Shown here piece by piece: positions 40,020-51,601 of a DNA stretch of 64,000 bases. The translations under genes were made by a program, and so were the position numbers. Each line of letters starts with the position of its first letter. Within the stretch, counting starts at the first letter, position 1. The notes below the pieces were generated by a model that worked only from the letters and a program-made list of their open reading frames with translations, was not told where the DNA came from and did no database searches. This DNA is from Candidatus Bathyarchaeota archaeon (lineage in GTDB: Archaea; Thermoproteota; Bathyarchaeia; Bathyarchaeales; Bathycorpusculaceae), in contig OY970340.1 of the NCBI GenBank assembly GCA_963717465.1, positions 288,001 to 352,000 of the forward strand, in the 5' to 3' direction.

Positions 40020-43001
40020 TTCTTGATGAGATTCACACGGAAAAAGGAAAAAGAGCGCAAGAATCTCCTTATAAAAGGGAAGAAAAATATCGGGAAATTG
40101 TAAATGATGCGCCTATTGCAATTTTAGAAATTAGTTTTGACGGCTCAGAGCTCAGATACGCGAATTCCATCGTAAGCGAATTACTGCATTATTCAAAAGC
40201 AGAGCTTCTCTCAATAAATCCTTTAGAAGACATATTAGTTGAAGAAAGCAAAAAGGATTTCAAAAAAACCGTTAAAGAAGCACTGGCTGGTAAAAAAAAT
40301 CTTAACGCTGAGCTTAAAGTAAAAACAAAGGATGGAAAAACCTTTTGGGGACTATTTAATGCAAGAGTGATTTTTAAGAATAAGGAGCCTTATTCACTCT
40401 TAGTTTTTGCCCAAAATATAAATGAACTTAAAAAAACAGGAGAAGCTCTGCAATTATCAGAAGAAAAGTTTTCAAAGGCATTCAAATTCAGCCCAAATGC
40501 TGTAACACTAACTCGCCTAAGAGACGGCAAAATAATTGACACTAACGATTCAGCATTAAACATTTTAGGTTTTACTCCTCAGGAAGCAATCGGTCACACT
40601 ACGTTAGAGTTAGGGATTTGGAGTGATCCCAAGGACCGCGTAAGCTTGACTGAGGAGCTTTCCTCAAAGGGATTTGTTCTTGGCAGAGATTTTGTTTTAA
40701 AAAGGAAAGATGGAACTAAAATTACAGTAACCCTGTCGGCGTCGTCTCTTAAGATTCAGAATGAAGATTGCTTCTTGTCTTCATTTTTAGATGTGACTGA
40801 ACAAAAAAGGGCAGAGCAGAGACTTTGGCAAGCGAAGAATGATTGGGAACGTACCTTCGATGCGGTTCCAGATTTAATCATGATAATAGATTGTGAGCAT
40901 AGAATTGTTCGTGCTAACCGTTCAATGATTGGAAAAATAGGTGTTACGCCTCAACAAGTAGCAGGACTACCTTGTTATAATGCAGTTCATGATGCTAATT
41001 TACCTCCAACTTTCTGTCCTCATGCCAAGACAATCTGCGACGGCAAAGAACACGTTGCTGAAGTGCATGAGCCAAAACTCGGCGGCGATTTCGTAGTTAG
41101 CACTACCCCGCTCAAAGATGAAAATGGACGATTGATTGGTTCAGTACATGTAGCCCGAGACATCACTAAACGCAAAAAAATTGAAGAAGAACTTAAGAGC
41201 AGTGAAACTCGTTTTCGCTCGTTATATGAAAATAGTCTTGATGCTGTCATGCTGACTATTCCTAATGGCGCCATTCTCAGTGCTAATCCTGCGGCACAGC
41301 ACATGCTGGGCATGACTGAGGATGAAATTAAGAAGGCTGGTCGAAACGGCATTCTCGTTATGGACGACCGGGCGGCTGAGACTATTAAGGAGCGCGCAAA
41401 GGTTGGAAGAGCACAAGCGGAATTGACCTTGAGAAGGAAAGGTGGCTCCAAGTTTGAAGCAGAAGTGTCTTCAGGCTTGTTTACCGATGGTGATGGCGTA
41501 ACAAAAACAAGTATGATAATGAGAGACATAACTGAACGCAAAAAGGCGGAGGAAGTGATTAGGGAAAGAGAGCAGTTGTATAGAACTTTATTTGACAACA
41601 GCGATGATGGTTTTATCCTACTTGAGCCGTTTTACGACCAAAATGGTAAAGCATGTGATTTTAGGTTTTTGAAAGTTAACCCTGCATTTGAGCGTCAAAC
41701 TGGCTTAAGAGCTGAAGATGTCGAAGGCAAAAATGTAGGAAAAGCTGTGAGTGGTCTTGAGCTAGAGTTTTCTTCAATTGTTAAAAAAGTTGTTGAGACA
41801 GGTGAAGCTGCACGTTATGAAAGCTTTAATCAAGATAGGAGCAGGTTGTACGAGGGGCATTATTTCCCTTTTATAAGAGGAAGAGTTGGCGTTCTTTTCA
41901 GGGATATAACTGAGCGTAAGAAAGCTGAAGACAGCGCTAAAGCAAAGCGAGAAAAAATATCATCAGCTTTTTAATTCTATGACTGAAATGTTTATTGTTG
42001 CAGATTTGGTGCGCGATAAAAATGGGTTAGCAATCGACTTCGTTTATGTTGACGCTAACCTGGCATTTCTAAAAAACATCAAGAAAATAAGGAATGATGT
42101 TATAGGCAAAAGATTAGGAGAACTTTTTGAAATCAGCGGAGATTTTCGATTGGAGTTACTTAACAGAGTTGAAAAAACTGGGAAGCCGCATCGCTTCTTA
42201 GCTAAAAGCGAAATAGAAAATCGTCAATTTGAAGTTCTTGCCTGGAAAACTAGTAAAAATCAAGTAGGTTGCACGATTGAAGACATTAGTGAACGCAGAT
42301 TACTAGAAAAGCAGTTGCAAGATAAAGAACGCATGGCAGCTATTGGTGAAACTGCTGGAATGGTTGGACACGACTTACGTAATCCTTTGCAAACTATCGT
42401 CGGTGAGTTATATCTTGCAAAATCAGAATTAGATGAAATTCCTCAAGAAAATAGGAGAGAAATATTACAGGAGAGCATTGAAAGCATAGATACACAAGTC
42501 ACGTACATGGACAAAATAGTGAGCGACTTGCAAACCTTCGTTAAACCAGTGCAGACAAACAAGCAAAAAGTAAACTTAAATGAACTAATCGCATCAACTT
42601 TAACGCAGACCAGCATCCCTGAGAACATTCAAGCAACGACCAAACTCAAAGATAAACTAACTATCGATTCAGACCCTCAACTGCTAAGAAGAGTCTTAAT
42701 AAATCTCATCACAAACTCGATTCAAGCCATGCCAAAGGGTGGAGAATTAATAATAAATGCAAACGCTAGCAGTAAACGTCGAATGAAAATTGAAGTTGAG
42801 GACACCGGAGAAGGAATCCCTGAAGAGATCAAACCTAAAATTTTCACTCCATTGTTTACAACTAAATCAAGAGGCCAAGGTTTCGGTTTATCAGTGTGCA
42901 AAAGAGTGATTGAAGCTCAAGGAGGAACAATAAGTTTTATTAGCGAAGTTGGAAGAGGCACAAAATTCACAATAACATTACCATTAAAATCGTCTGGATA
43001 A
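40020..43001 (+). CDS. Multi-PAS sensor histidine kinase (frameshift near 41935; start approximate)
   Basis: Repeated PAS/PAC (RDITERK), H-box GHDLRNPL, NLITNS, DTGEG, FTTK, GQGFGL. Confidence 0.87.
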
Positions 43002-43170
43002 AATCTGGATAAAAAACATGAGACTAAGTCTTTGATTTTGCCCTCAAAAGCTTAACCAAGAGGAATACTTCCTCGCAAAGTCGCTTAAGAAAATTACGTG
43101 GTCTTACTGAGCATATGCCGAAAAAAATTATTCTGGATTAAATTTAATCCAACCTTACCAAAATTATGGT

Positions 43171-43368
43171 TTATTCTTTCATTTCTTTGATTTTTTCTTC
43201 TACGGCTGCAAGTTCTTTTTTAAGTTCATTGGCATAATTCTTTAATTTCTCTATTTTTTCAGCCTTTGTAAAGAAGCGTCTTTTGTAACCCCCTTCGCGG
43301 AGAGGGAAGGGACGCCAGCCGCATGAATAGTTATGGTCCATGCCACGATCATAATAATCATCATCCAT
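43171..43368 (-). CDS. Small coiled-coil protein (DUF5320-like)
   Basis: RRFFTKAEKIEKLKNYANELKKEL; GAGGTGA SD. Confidence 0.7.
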   Translation of the reverse strand: MDDDYYDRGMDHNYSCGWRPFPLREGGYKRRFFTKAEKIEKLKNYANELKKELAAVEEKIKEMKE

Positions 43369-43576
43369 ATTTTTTCACCTCACAAATTCATCATAAAAGT
43401 GGATATATAAAATGCGGGAGAATCACTCGGAAACTTCGAACTTAACACCGATAATGCACTTCTTAACGCGCAGTTTTAGTTCAGAGGAAAAGAGGAAAAA
43501 GTAGTTACTGTCGGCTTATAGTCACAAACGTAAAAATTCTCAATTGGCTTTCAACTGTAATTCGGAGGTGCAAAGT

Positions 43577-43783
43577 TTGAAATTAAGTGCCAGAAACCAG
43601 TTTAAAGGAAAAGTATTATCCGTTGACAAAGGCATAATAACAGCCAAAGTTAAAGTTGAAGTAAAAACGCCAGTTACCGTTACAGCGGTTATAACAAAAG
43701 AAGCTGTTGAAGACCTAGACGTAAAAGTTGGCGACGAGGTTAATGCAATAATGAAGTCAACCGAAGTCATGATAAGCAAATAA
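43577..43783 (+). CDS. TOBE/Mop molybdate-binding protein
   Basis: KLSARNQFKG..VITKEAVEDL..KSTEV; GGAGGTG before TTG. Confidence 0.9.
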   Translation: MKLSARNQFKGKVLSVDKGIITAKVKVEVKTPVTVTAVITKEAVEDLDVKVGDEVNAIMKSTEVMISK

Positions 43784-44174
43784 CTAACTATTTTTTAGCC
43801 AATATACTTGTTTCAACCCGCGTTATCTCTAATTTAACGATAAAAAGCAAAACAGGCTTCAAATAGCAAGAAAGTTAACAGGCGTTTAAACTCAAAAAAA
43901 TGCTAAAATTCATGTTTTCTACACCCATGACCCAATTCGCGAAGTTTCCCTGAAACTTAAGCCAAACAACATTTTAGAAACCATGAGTTTTAAAGACTTT
44001 TTCTGAATTTCCAATAGTTATATGAGGGATATGTTTATATTGAAATCCATTGATATAACCGTACATTTCTAATTCGAAAAACACGTGGAAACGTTAATTC
44101 TGAAACTCTGGACATTTTATTAATAACGAAGGTAAGCTCTTTTGCATAAAAGTCACTTCAGTAAATAAAAGTAG

Positions 44175-44360
44175 ATGTTAGTTGAATTGACCTTGTTTTA
44201 GTCCAAGCGAACACAAAAACTAGCAGGAGAGGGGGGACACTGGAACGCATTCCGCTTGGATTAAAAGTCAATTCAACCAACATTTTTTGTAAGCGATATA
44301 CAATATCAATTTAACATTATTTTTTATAAAAATATGTGACTGTCTTTAAACTACTACTTA
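44175..44360 (-). repeat. Dispersed hairpin/promoter repeat, copy A (full)
   Basis: Long inverted repeat 44175-44283 plus conserved TATGTGACTG..CTACTACTTA; aligns to 47314-47498. Confidence 0.8.
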
Positions 44361-44511
44361 TGCTTGTTAGCTAAATTTGATTGAACTGATATTCTTTCTA
44401 CTCTTCAAATTCTTCACTATTTGGGTTTCTGAAGAGAGAGTAGCATAATAGTAATTGCGGTTGACAAGCGTAACTCGCAAAATAAAAAAGTCAGGGGTGT
44501 TTAAATAATAT

Positions 44512-44922
44512 ATGGAAGTTATGAAAAAAGGGTTTTCAACTTCTATGGAGGGAGAGACGCTCAAAAACACTGACTTCAGATGTGTCCTCTACACGGGAAA
44601 GTACAGTCAACTTGTCTTGATGTGTCTGCAACCAAACGAAGAAATTGGAATGGAAACACATGATTCAGTTGATCAATTCTTCAGATTCGAAAAAGGCGAA
44701 GGAAAAGTGGTCATTGATAAAACCGAGTACAAGGTCAAAGATGGCGATGCAGTAATTGTTCCATCAGGTGCACAGCACAATGTAATAAATACTTCAAAAA
44801 AGCGAAAACTAAAACTCTACACAATCTATTCGCCACCAGAACACGTAGACAAGACAATTCGACACACTAAAGCCGATGCAGAAGCTAAACCAGAAGAGTA
44901 CGATGGAAAGGCAACAGAATAG
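44512..44922 (+). CDS. Cupin domain protein
   Basis: EIGMETH..DQFF..G..VIVPSGAQHNV..YSPPEH. Confidence 0.9.
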   Translation: MEVMKKGFSTSMEGETLKNTDFRCVLYTGKYSQLVLMCLQPNEEIGMETHDSVDQFFRFEKGEGKVVIDKTEYKVKDGDAVIVPSGAQHNVINTSKKRKLKLYTIYSPPEHVDKTIRHTKADAEAKPEEYDGKATE

Positions 44923-44981
44923 GCTCTTCTCACTTTTCTAGAAATAAGAAATAGTAGAACTGCTTACTTGTTCAATCCTTT

Positions 44982-45305
44982 TTAGTCCTCAATGTCTTTC
45001 ATTGTTTCTCTTAATGCCCCAAAGGTTTCCTGAACTGTTCGATTGTCAAGCATGTCTGTGTTCAAGTCTATCGCTTTATTATTTCTCAAAAAATTATCTG
45101 TTATGAAGTCAAGTACAACCCTAACAAAAAGCTTCCACAGTTTAGACATTTGCATATTGTAGATTTCATCATTTGTAAAACCTTCTTCACTTATTCTGCC
45201 TAACAATTCATTTCCTATATCGATTTCTAAGAAGCCTTGCTTTTTCGTTTCATCCAAGAACTCTCTGAAAGTCATATTATAAACGTTCTTGCTTGAACTA
45301 GACAT
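44982..45305 (-). CDS. Hypothetical protein
   Basis: 107-aa ORF. Confidence 0.5.
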   Translation of the reverse strand: MSSSSKNVYNMTFREFLDETKKQGFLEIDIGNELLGRISEEGFTNDEIYNMQMSKLWKLFVRVVLDFITDNFLRNNKAIDLNTDMLDNRTVQETFGALRETMKDIED

Positions 45306-45385
45306 GTTATATTTGTTTGTTGGGTTGCTTTTTTAATAATTATTGCATGCCAAAATGGATGCACATTCTTAGATGAGCTTTCCAT

Positions 45386-47236
45386 TCACTTGGCAGGCAA
45401 ACGTAAGGTGAAAGTTGTCCCTTTACCCTCTTGACTATCAAAAGATACGGTGCCATTTAATGCTTCAGTCATACGCTTAACCACTGGCAAACCAAAACCT
45501 TGCCCCTTCGCTTTAGTCGTAAACATTGGTGTAAACAATTTATTCTTGATTTCTTTAGGAATACCAACACCTGTATCCTTAACACTTATAACAAAATAGT
45601 TTTCATCTTTGTAAGCGTGTATTGTCAGACTACCCCCATTGGGCATAGCTTGAACAGCATTATTCACTAAATTGTACATAATACGGTTAATGAAAGTAGA
45701 GTCGGCTACAATGCTCCGAGCGTCAGGTTCAACATTAATGCTGACTTTAATATTCTCAGGCGCACTTGTCTTTGATAGCAACTCTTCAATTATGCCTTTA
45801 ATGTCAGCTTTTTCAATAGAGGGGTTAAGTGGTTTAGAGTAGTCTTGAAGATCGGCTACAATTTTATTAATATAATCAATATTCCTCTCAATTTCCTGAA
45901 TGCTCTCCAAGGAATTCTTTTTCTGATCACTTTCCAAAGTTAATTCCAATTCTGATTTAAGCAAGTATAAATCACCAGTAATAGCCTGCAATGGATTACG
46001 TATATCATGACCTACCATGCCTGCAGTAGCACCAATAGCTGCTAAGCGCTCGGCATCTTTCAACTGCTTGGTGCGTTCATCAACAAGCCTTTCCAAGTGA
46101 TCACGGTATTTCTCAAGCTGCTCTTCAGTTTTCTTGCGTTCGGTAATATTTAGCACATACATACGTATGCGCTGAGCTTTTGGCACGTTGAAGCAGTGCT
46201 GAAGGTACCAGTCATCGCCGATTTTTACCTCACTAACAAAAGTGTTCGCGGTCTTCTCTCGAAATAATTTAACCATCCTTTTCCAGTCGGCAAACAATGG
46301 ATGCTTTAAACCCAATGCTTTAAGGTTAGCAAATTTGGCTTTTGCCGTAGGATTAGCATATTCGACTTTGCCCTCAAAATCTACTTCAATAACAGGGTTA
46401 GGGTTAAGTATTGGAAATGAAGCTAATCTTTTAACTTCTTCTTCAGCTTTCTTGCGTTCTGTAATGTTTCTTGTTATTCCTCGCCAACCCAGTAGTCTAC
46501 CTTTAGCATCAAAGAAGGGAACACCATTAATCTCAACAAAAATCAATCGTCCCTTACTATCATAAGATGGCACTTCTAAACCATTAAATGGCTTAGGATT
46601 ATCGTTCAATTTATTAAATAATAAAAGCATTTCTTCTTTTACTGAATCGGGCATTCTAATAAACACTGTCTTACCAATAATATTCTGAGGTTTAATTCCC
46701 CATAACTTTTCTATTTGAGGACTACAATAGGTAAAGAGTCCCTTATTATCCGCTTCCCAAATTAAGTCACTTGTAGTTTCGATTAAATCCTGATATTTCT
46801 CTTTACTTTCTTTGAGGGCTATTTCTGCTTTCTTGTCTTTTGTAATATCCTTGAATATTACTGCAAACCAGTTTTCCTCTTTTAGAGGTAGAACTGTTGC
46901 TCCAAGCCATTTATCCATACTTATTGAGTATGTCTCAAAACTGACAGCGTTTCCTGATTTAACAGCCTTTTCATAATTTGATAAGTACTCTTTACTTGCT
47001 AATTCAGGTGTGAACTCTGTTACTTTTTTGTCTAATACATTGCGTCTTGTTAAGTTTAATATTTGCTCAAAGAGTTTATTATAACCATGAAGGATGTAAT
47101 CGATGGCTTCTTCTTTATCATTAAAGGCAAGCTCACAGACCTGAACACCTTCACCTAAGGATTCTAAAAGTTTAAGGCAATTATCAAAACTATTTTGGAA
47201 GATATCTTTGATTTGTTTTTCTTCCATAAATCCCAA
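45386..47236 (-). CDS. PAS sensor histidine kinase
   Basis: PAS repeats, GHDIRNPL, NLVNNA, DTGVG, GQGFGL. Confidence 0.93.
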   Translation of the reverse strand: MGFMEEKQIKDIFQNSFDNCLKLLESLGEGVQVCELAFNDKEEAIDYILHGYNKLFEQILNLTRRNVLDKKVTEFTPELASKEYLSNYEKAVKSGNAVSFETYSISMDKWLGATVLPLKEENWFAVIFKDITKDKKAEIALKESKEKYQDLIETTSDLIWEADNKGLFTYCSPQIEKLWGIKPQNIIGKTVFIRMPDSVKEEMLLLFNKLNDNPKPFNGLEVPSYDSKGRLIFVEINGVPFFDAKGRLLGWRGITRNITERKKAEEEVKRLASFPILNPNPVIEVDFEGKVEYANPTAKAKFANLKALGLKHPLFADWKRMVKLFREKTANTFVSEVKIGDDWYLQHCFNVPKAQRIRMYVLNITERKKTEEQLEKYRDHLERLVDERTKQLKDAERLAAIGATAGMVGHDIRNPLQAITGDLYLLKSELELTLESDQKKNSLESIQEIERNIDYINKIVADLQDYSKPLNPSIEKADIKGIIEELLSKTSAPENIKVSINVEPDARSIVADSTFINRIMYNLVNNAVQAMPNGGSLTIHAYKDENYFVISVKDTGVGIPKEIKNKLFTPMFTTKAKGQGFGLPVVKRMTEALNGTVSFDSQEGKGTTFTLRLPAK

Positions 47237-47313
47237 TAATTAATTAATTCTGTTTAGGTATTTTATTTTTTAGGTTTAATCTAGTTAATATCTTTATAGA
47301 GCCACAAGTAGAG

Positions 47314-47498
47314 ATGGTTTGAATTGACCATGTTTTAATCCAAGAGAAAATAAAAATAAGTGGTAGAGAGGGAATGGAGATTTTTTCCGCTTGGACTAAA
47401 TGTTAATTCAACCAACATTTTTTTGTAAGGGATATGCATGATCATTTGTAACATTATTTTTTAATAAGAATATGTGACTGCCTTCAAACTACTACTTA
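47314..47498 (-). repeat. Dispersed hairpin/promoter repeat, copy B (full)
   Basis: Co-linear similarity to copy A (TTGAATTGACC, CCGCTTGG, AATTCAACCAACATTTTTTGTAAG, TATGTGACTG). Confidence 0.8.
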
Positions 47499-47667
47499 CT
47501 ACCATAGCGCGCTTGCGGCTTTTCAAACTGAAGTTGCCATTAACATAAGCTAAAGCTCTAAAACTATCCCACTTAACCTCAAAAACCCAATCGTTGCTAC
47601 TAAAAATCCTAAGAGGAAGGTTTGGGTAACATTGGTTTATAAAAATGCATAATCGATCAGAAATTAT

Positions 47668-48147
47668 TCAACTGTGTGATTGCTCTTTTACTTCTATATT
47701 ATGTCTTGCAAGAGATCGGTAGGTAGCTGGTTCAATTCTTGAAACCAAAGGGTCTGCTATTCGATGAATAATTCTCCATTCTTCTTTTTCTTGTCTAAAG
47801 ATTGTTGTAGCCCTTAGAGCAATATGAACTATCTCACCTGTATCATCTATTTTAGCATCGAACTGCTCCACCTCTACAACATATCCCAAGTCTTGAGTTG
47901 AAAACTTCACAAGCCTATCCCAGCTTACGTTATATCCTGCTTGGAACCAAGAAGCACGTGAATTCAAGTGATGGATGACTTCTTTTAAACCCACTGAGAT
48001 ACCGCCTTGTGCTCCAAGCAATGAAACGTCCTTTTCGATGGAGAAGAGTTTATCGTAAGGTTCTGGGTTGCCCTTATAGAACTCTTTGACTGCAAGATGT
48101 GTCCTTTCAACCATTTGTTCAAAGTCAGGTATAACCAAATATATCAC
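47668..48147 (-). CDS. SnoaL/NTF2-like protein
   Basis: LGYVVEVE..LRATTIFR..WRIIHR. Confidence 0.75.
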   Translation of the reverse strand: MIYLVIPDFEQMVERTHLAVKEFYKGNPEPYDKLFSIEKDVSLLGAQGGISVGLKEVIHHLNSRASWFQAGYNVSWDRLVKFSTQDLGYVVEVEQFDAKIDDTGEIVHIALRATTIFRQEKEEWRIIHRIADPLVSRIEPATYRSLARHNIEVKEQSHS

Positions 48148-48273
48148 AATTAGACAGCTATAGTGCTTGGCACTTCAAGTTATGTGATTGTTCTATGCCT
48201 ACATTGAAGCGTTAGCTATAACAGAGTCTAAGTTATTGCTAGATGTCTCTTTTATAAGATCAAGCTTTCTAAT

Positions 48274-48330
48274 TTAATAAGAATATATGACTGCCAGTTT
48301 ACAACTACTTAGCTAAATCTGCCACCACAT
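48274..48330 (-). repeat. Partial repeat copy C
   Basis: TTAATAAGAATATATGACTGCC..ACTTAGCTAAA..CCACCACA shared with copies B and D. Confidence 0.6.
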
Positions 48331-48390
48331 ACAGAAAAGAACACGCTAACCTTAATAGCTAATAATTAACTAGTATATTGAGGTATTATT

Positions 48391-48717
48391 TTGAATAAGA
48401 ATCACCAAGTCATAGCTGATTTTAGCATAATACCAATTGGACACAATGAGACAAGCGTAGGACGCTTCGTTGCAACTGCCGTTAAAGCGTTTAAGAATGT
48501 TAATGGCTTAGATTATGAAATAACTGCTATGGGGACAGTCCTTGGAGCTAAAGATTTGGATACAATTTTTGAAGCTGTTAAACAAGCCCATCAAGCAGTG
48601 ATAGATAAGGGCATTAAAAGAGTAGAATCCACATTAAGGATAGATGATAGAAGAGATAAGGCTCGTACAATTGATGACAAGGTAAAAGCAGTTAATGAAT
48701 ATATCAAACAATCTTAA
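48391..48717 (+). CDS. Thiamine-binding (MTH1187/YkoF-like) protein
   Basis: IADFSIIPIG, AMGTVL, LRIDDRRDK. Confidence 0.88.
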   Translation: MNKNHQVIADFSIIPIGHNETSVGRFVATAVKAFKNVNGLDYEITAMGTVLGAKDLDTIFEAVKQAHQAVIDKGIKRVESTLRIDDRRDKARTIDDKVKAVNEYIKQS

Positions 48718-48855
48718 TGGTTTAGAAAAAAAGCTTCTAAAGAAAATCCAAGCGCGCGGCGCGCGAATACAAAGAAACGTAACTGTTATTCTACAGTAAC
48801 AAAGATTAAAATCGTCAACTTTTTTATTTAAACATTGATTTTAGGAGGTGAATGC

Positions 48856-49083
48856 ATGCAAGTAACCGAGCCTAAGCAAGAAGGCAATCTAAGCAACGGT
48901 GTCTACGATCTAATGTATCAACTCCTTGAGGAAAATCAGAGCCTTTGGCGAATAAAAAACAACTACAAAAATGATTCCAAAGGTGACCCTGAAGCAAACA
49001 AGTTCTGGAAAAACCTAGGAAAGGATAAAGAAGAACATATCAACCAACTTACGAAACTCTTGGCAAAGAGGATACAGAGTTAA
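48856..49083 (+). CDS. Small ferritin-like two-helix protein
   Basis: YDLMYQLLEE..LWR..DKEEH; GGAGGTG SD. Confidence 0.6.
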   Translation: MQVTEPKQEGNLSNGVYDLMYQLLEENQSLWRIKNNYKNDSKGDPEANKFWKNLGKDKEEHINQLTKLLAKRIQS

Positions 49084-49118
49084 AGCGCGAATCCTTTCTG
49101 ACAACTGTTCGAAGCCTT

Positions 49119-49319
49119 TTAAGGACAAAATGAGATAGCTAAAACATCATCCTTATCCCACTTCAGCTTAGTTTTGCACACAGTGCATTTGAATTCTCTT
49201 TCTTCAAATTCTGAGGAACAAAATGTTTTCATATTCATCGACAATCCAGTATCAACTAAAGCTTTGCACTCACGACATTTTATTAAAAGAGACGGCAACT
49301 TTTCCTTCACTTGAATCAC
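49119..49319 (-). CDS. Small zinc-ribbon protein
   Basis: CREC..CTVC..W. Confidence 0.6.
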   Translation of the reverse strand: MIQVKEKLPSLLIKCRECKALVDTGLSMNMKTFCSSEFEEREFKCTVCKTKLKWDKDDVLAISFCP

Positions 49320-49356
49320 CGAAAGGACAATAAGTAGAATAAGTAGAAAAGGGTTT

Positions 49357-49447
49357 GTTTGAATTGACCCACTCTACTGTTATTTTATTTTTTTATAAAA
49401 GTATGTGACTGCTTTCTTGCAATCACTTAGCTAAACCTTCCACCACA
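49357..49447 (-). repeat. Internally deleted repeat copy D
   Basis: TTGAATTGACC joined to TTTTTATAAAA-TATGTGACTG..ACTTAGCTAAA. Confidence 0.6.
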
Positions 49448-49634
49448 CATTGGACATTCAGCTGGGAACTTGTTCTAATAAATCATAAGCCGATAATGAC
49501 ATAGAAAATAGAAGTAAATGTTGCATTTAGGGCAGTAACTAAAGCCACCAACAGGTTTGCCACATGCATCGCAAGGACGAGCTAAAAAGGTTAACCATAA
49601 ATGTGCTCATGGACTCATAAGTAAAGTGTTGAAA

Positions 49635-51046
49635 CTACAGCCAAGAACAGTGGAGACATTGATGAAAATAAGGGAAAACTGGAAAGCCGCTTAATCGTTT
49701 GAAACAACAATTTTTCCGCTCGGCAAACACACGACAACGTGCCAGCCTTGAGGTAGCAAAGTTTCCAGTTCCTGTTCGGTTACTAGCCTTTGGCAGTTTT
49801 TGCCATCGGCGCATCCCGCCATTACGCGATATCTTTGTGCTTCGCTCTCTTTTGATTTGCTCAATTTCTCTGTTGATTGAATCTTTAGAAATCATTACGC
49901 ATTCTTGAAACAAATCAATGCCTTCCCTGTAAGCAATCCGTTGTATTGCCTCAGCCTCCAAAGTAATGTTAGGAATGGCTATTGCAGGCTCTTTACCAAC
50001 CCATTCAGCTTCAAGCTGTCCGAGTATGTCCTCAGAAAAGTGTCCTGATTGTCGCAGGTTGTCGATTGCTACCTTTATTCTAATATCATCTTCGCTCGAT
50101 ACAGCCTTAGTTGTTGTGAATTGTAACAGCGGAACAGCTTCTTTGTATTTTTCTCGAAGCTTCTCTATTTCAGGCTGTGAGTATGGGCTTTCCTCTTCTC
50201 TAACTTTGCGACCTCTAATTTTCTTGCCCAATTCGGGTGAATGCCAACCTCTTCCAGTGCAGTTTCAACCATTCGCCTGCCATCATGCCATGTAAAGTGC
50301 ACATTAGCATTTTTTTGATAGTTCCACAATCAAATCACCCATATGATTGTAATTTAGCGGTTAGTAAGGCTTACATATGTTTCTCCAAACTTTATTCTCT
50401 AAGCCTAACCGTCTGCCCATCTTCTTCTCATCCATTCCTTGTAATTCAAGAAGTCACGTTTTACCTCAGGTTCAAGAAGGCTATCTGTCGCACACCTTTG
50501 TATCGTCCTACACCGTTACCTTTCAAAATCTCAGACAGACAACTAATACAAGGCAAATCCTTTATTTCCCAATTATCTTCAAAATACTTGAATTTTAGCT
50601 CAATCATCGTTTCCTTGGCTAAAGCCTACTGTTGACAAAGCTGATTAGCGATTTATCTCTTAGATTTTGAGCATAATCCCACAGTCTCGTAAACCGTCTT
50701 TTGAGGGCTTTCGATGTTCCCTCTGCTGGATTAATGTGATTGCGCCTGATAGTCTTGCTAAATCGCGGTAGCTATGCTTGTAAAAGCTCTTGACGGCTGT
50801 AACCATGTTTACTTTGATAGGATTGGTAAATTGAGGAGTTTCAGCAGTAACAAAATCATCCAAAAGCTGTTCTGCCTCTTTGCTTGCTGGACTATCTTTT
50901 AAAGCAAGCAGTTCTGTCGGGTTCTTTTTAGCCCACCTGCAAAACTCCAACAGATAAAAGCAGTTGGCATTTTTTGATTGCAATTTGCCAACCCAGCGCA
51001 TAACTTGAGAGATTACGTTGCTTCTTGTTATCTTCTCGCCGCCCAA
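49635..51046 (-). pseudogene. Degraded tyrosine recombinase/integrase
   Basis: Fragments read AVKSFYK, NLRDKSLISF, HFTWHDGRR (HxxR), EESPYSQP (catalytic Tyr region) with frameshifts and in-frame stops. Confidence 0.75.
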
Positions 51047-51202
51047 GAAAATTCACCGTCTGCATAACCTTCAATATAATAATGACCATAACTTTCGTAT
51101 AAACGTGCGATAAACATATTCTTATAAAACAAAGCTTTATATTGAAATTAACGGTTTTAGTGACTACCTATTTGGATTAGAATAGAGAAAAAGGGAATTA
51201 AA

Positions 51203-51598
51203 ATGTCAGTTTGGCATGGCAGTTTGCGCAAAAGAAAACTAACAGGCGGCAAAAAAAGAGCCTACCGAGGGAAGAAAAAGTTTGAGCAGGGCGGATTTGC
51301 AGCTGAAACAATTCTTGGTGAACCGAAAAGGAAAAGCACACGCGGCTTTGGCGGCAACAGTAAAGTCAAAGTGTTAAGCGACAAGTTTGCTTCAGTGACC
51401 GACCCGAAAAGTGGTAAAATCGAAAAAAGCGAAATTTTACGCGTTGCAAAAAACGCAGCTAATGTTGATTATAACCGAAGAGGCGTAATAACAAAAGGCG
51501 CCGAAATTGAAACAGCATTAGGCTTGGCACGTGTCACTTCTCGCCCAGGCATAGACGGCGTAATAAACGCGGTCCTAATAAGCAAAGAGAAAAGCTAA
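51203..51598 (+). CDS. rps8e: 30S ribosomal protein S8e
   Basis: RKLTGGK, RRGVITKGA, VTSRPGIDGVINAVL. Confidence 0.96.
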   Translation: MSVWHGSLRKRKLTGGKKRAYRGKKKFEQGGFAAETILGEPKRKSTRGFGGNSKVKVLSDKFASVTDPKSGKIEKSEILRVAKNAANVDYNRRGVITKGAEIETALGLARVTSRPGIDGVINAVLISKEKS

Positions 51599-51601
51599 AT
51601 T

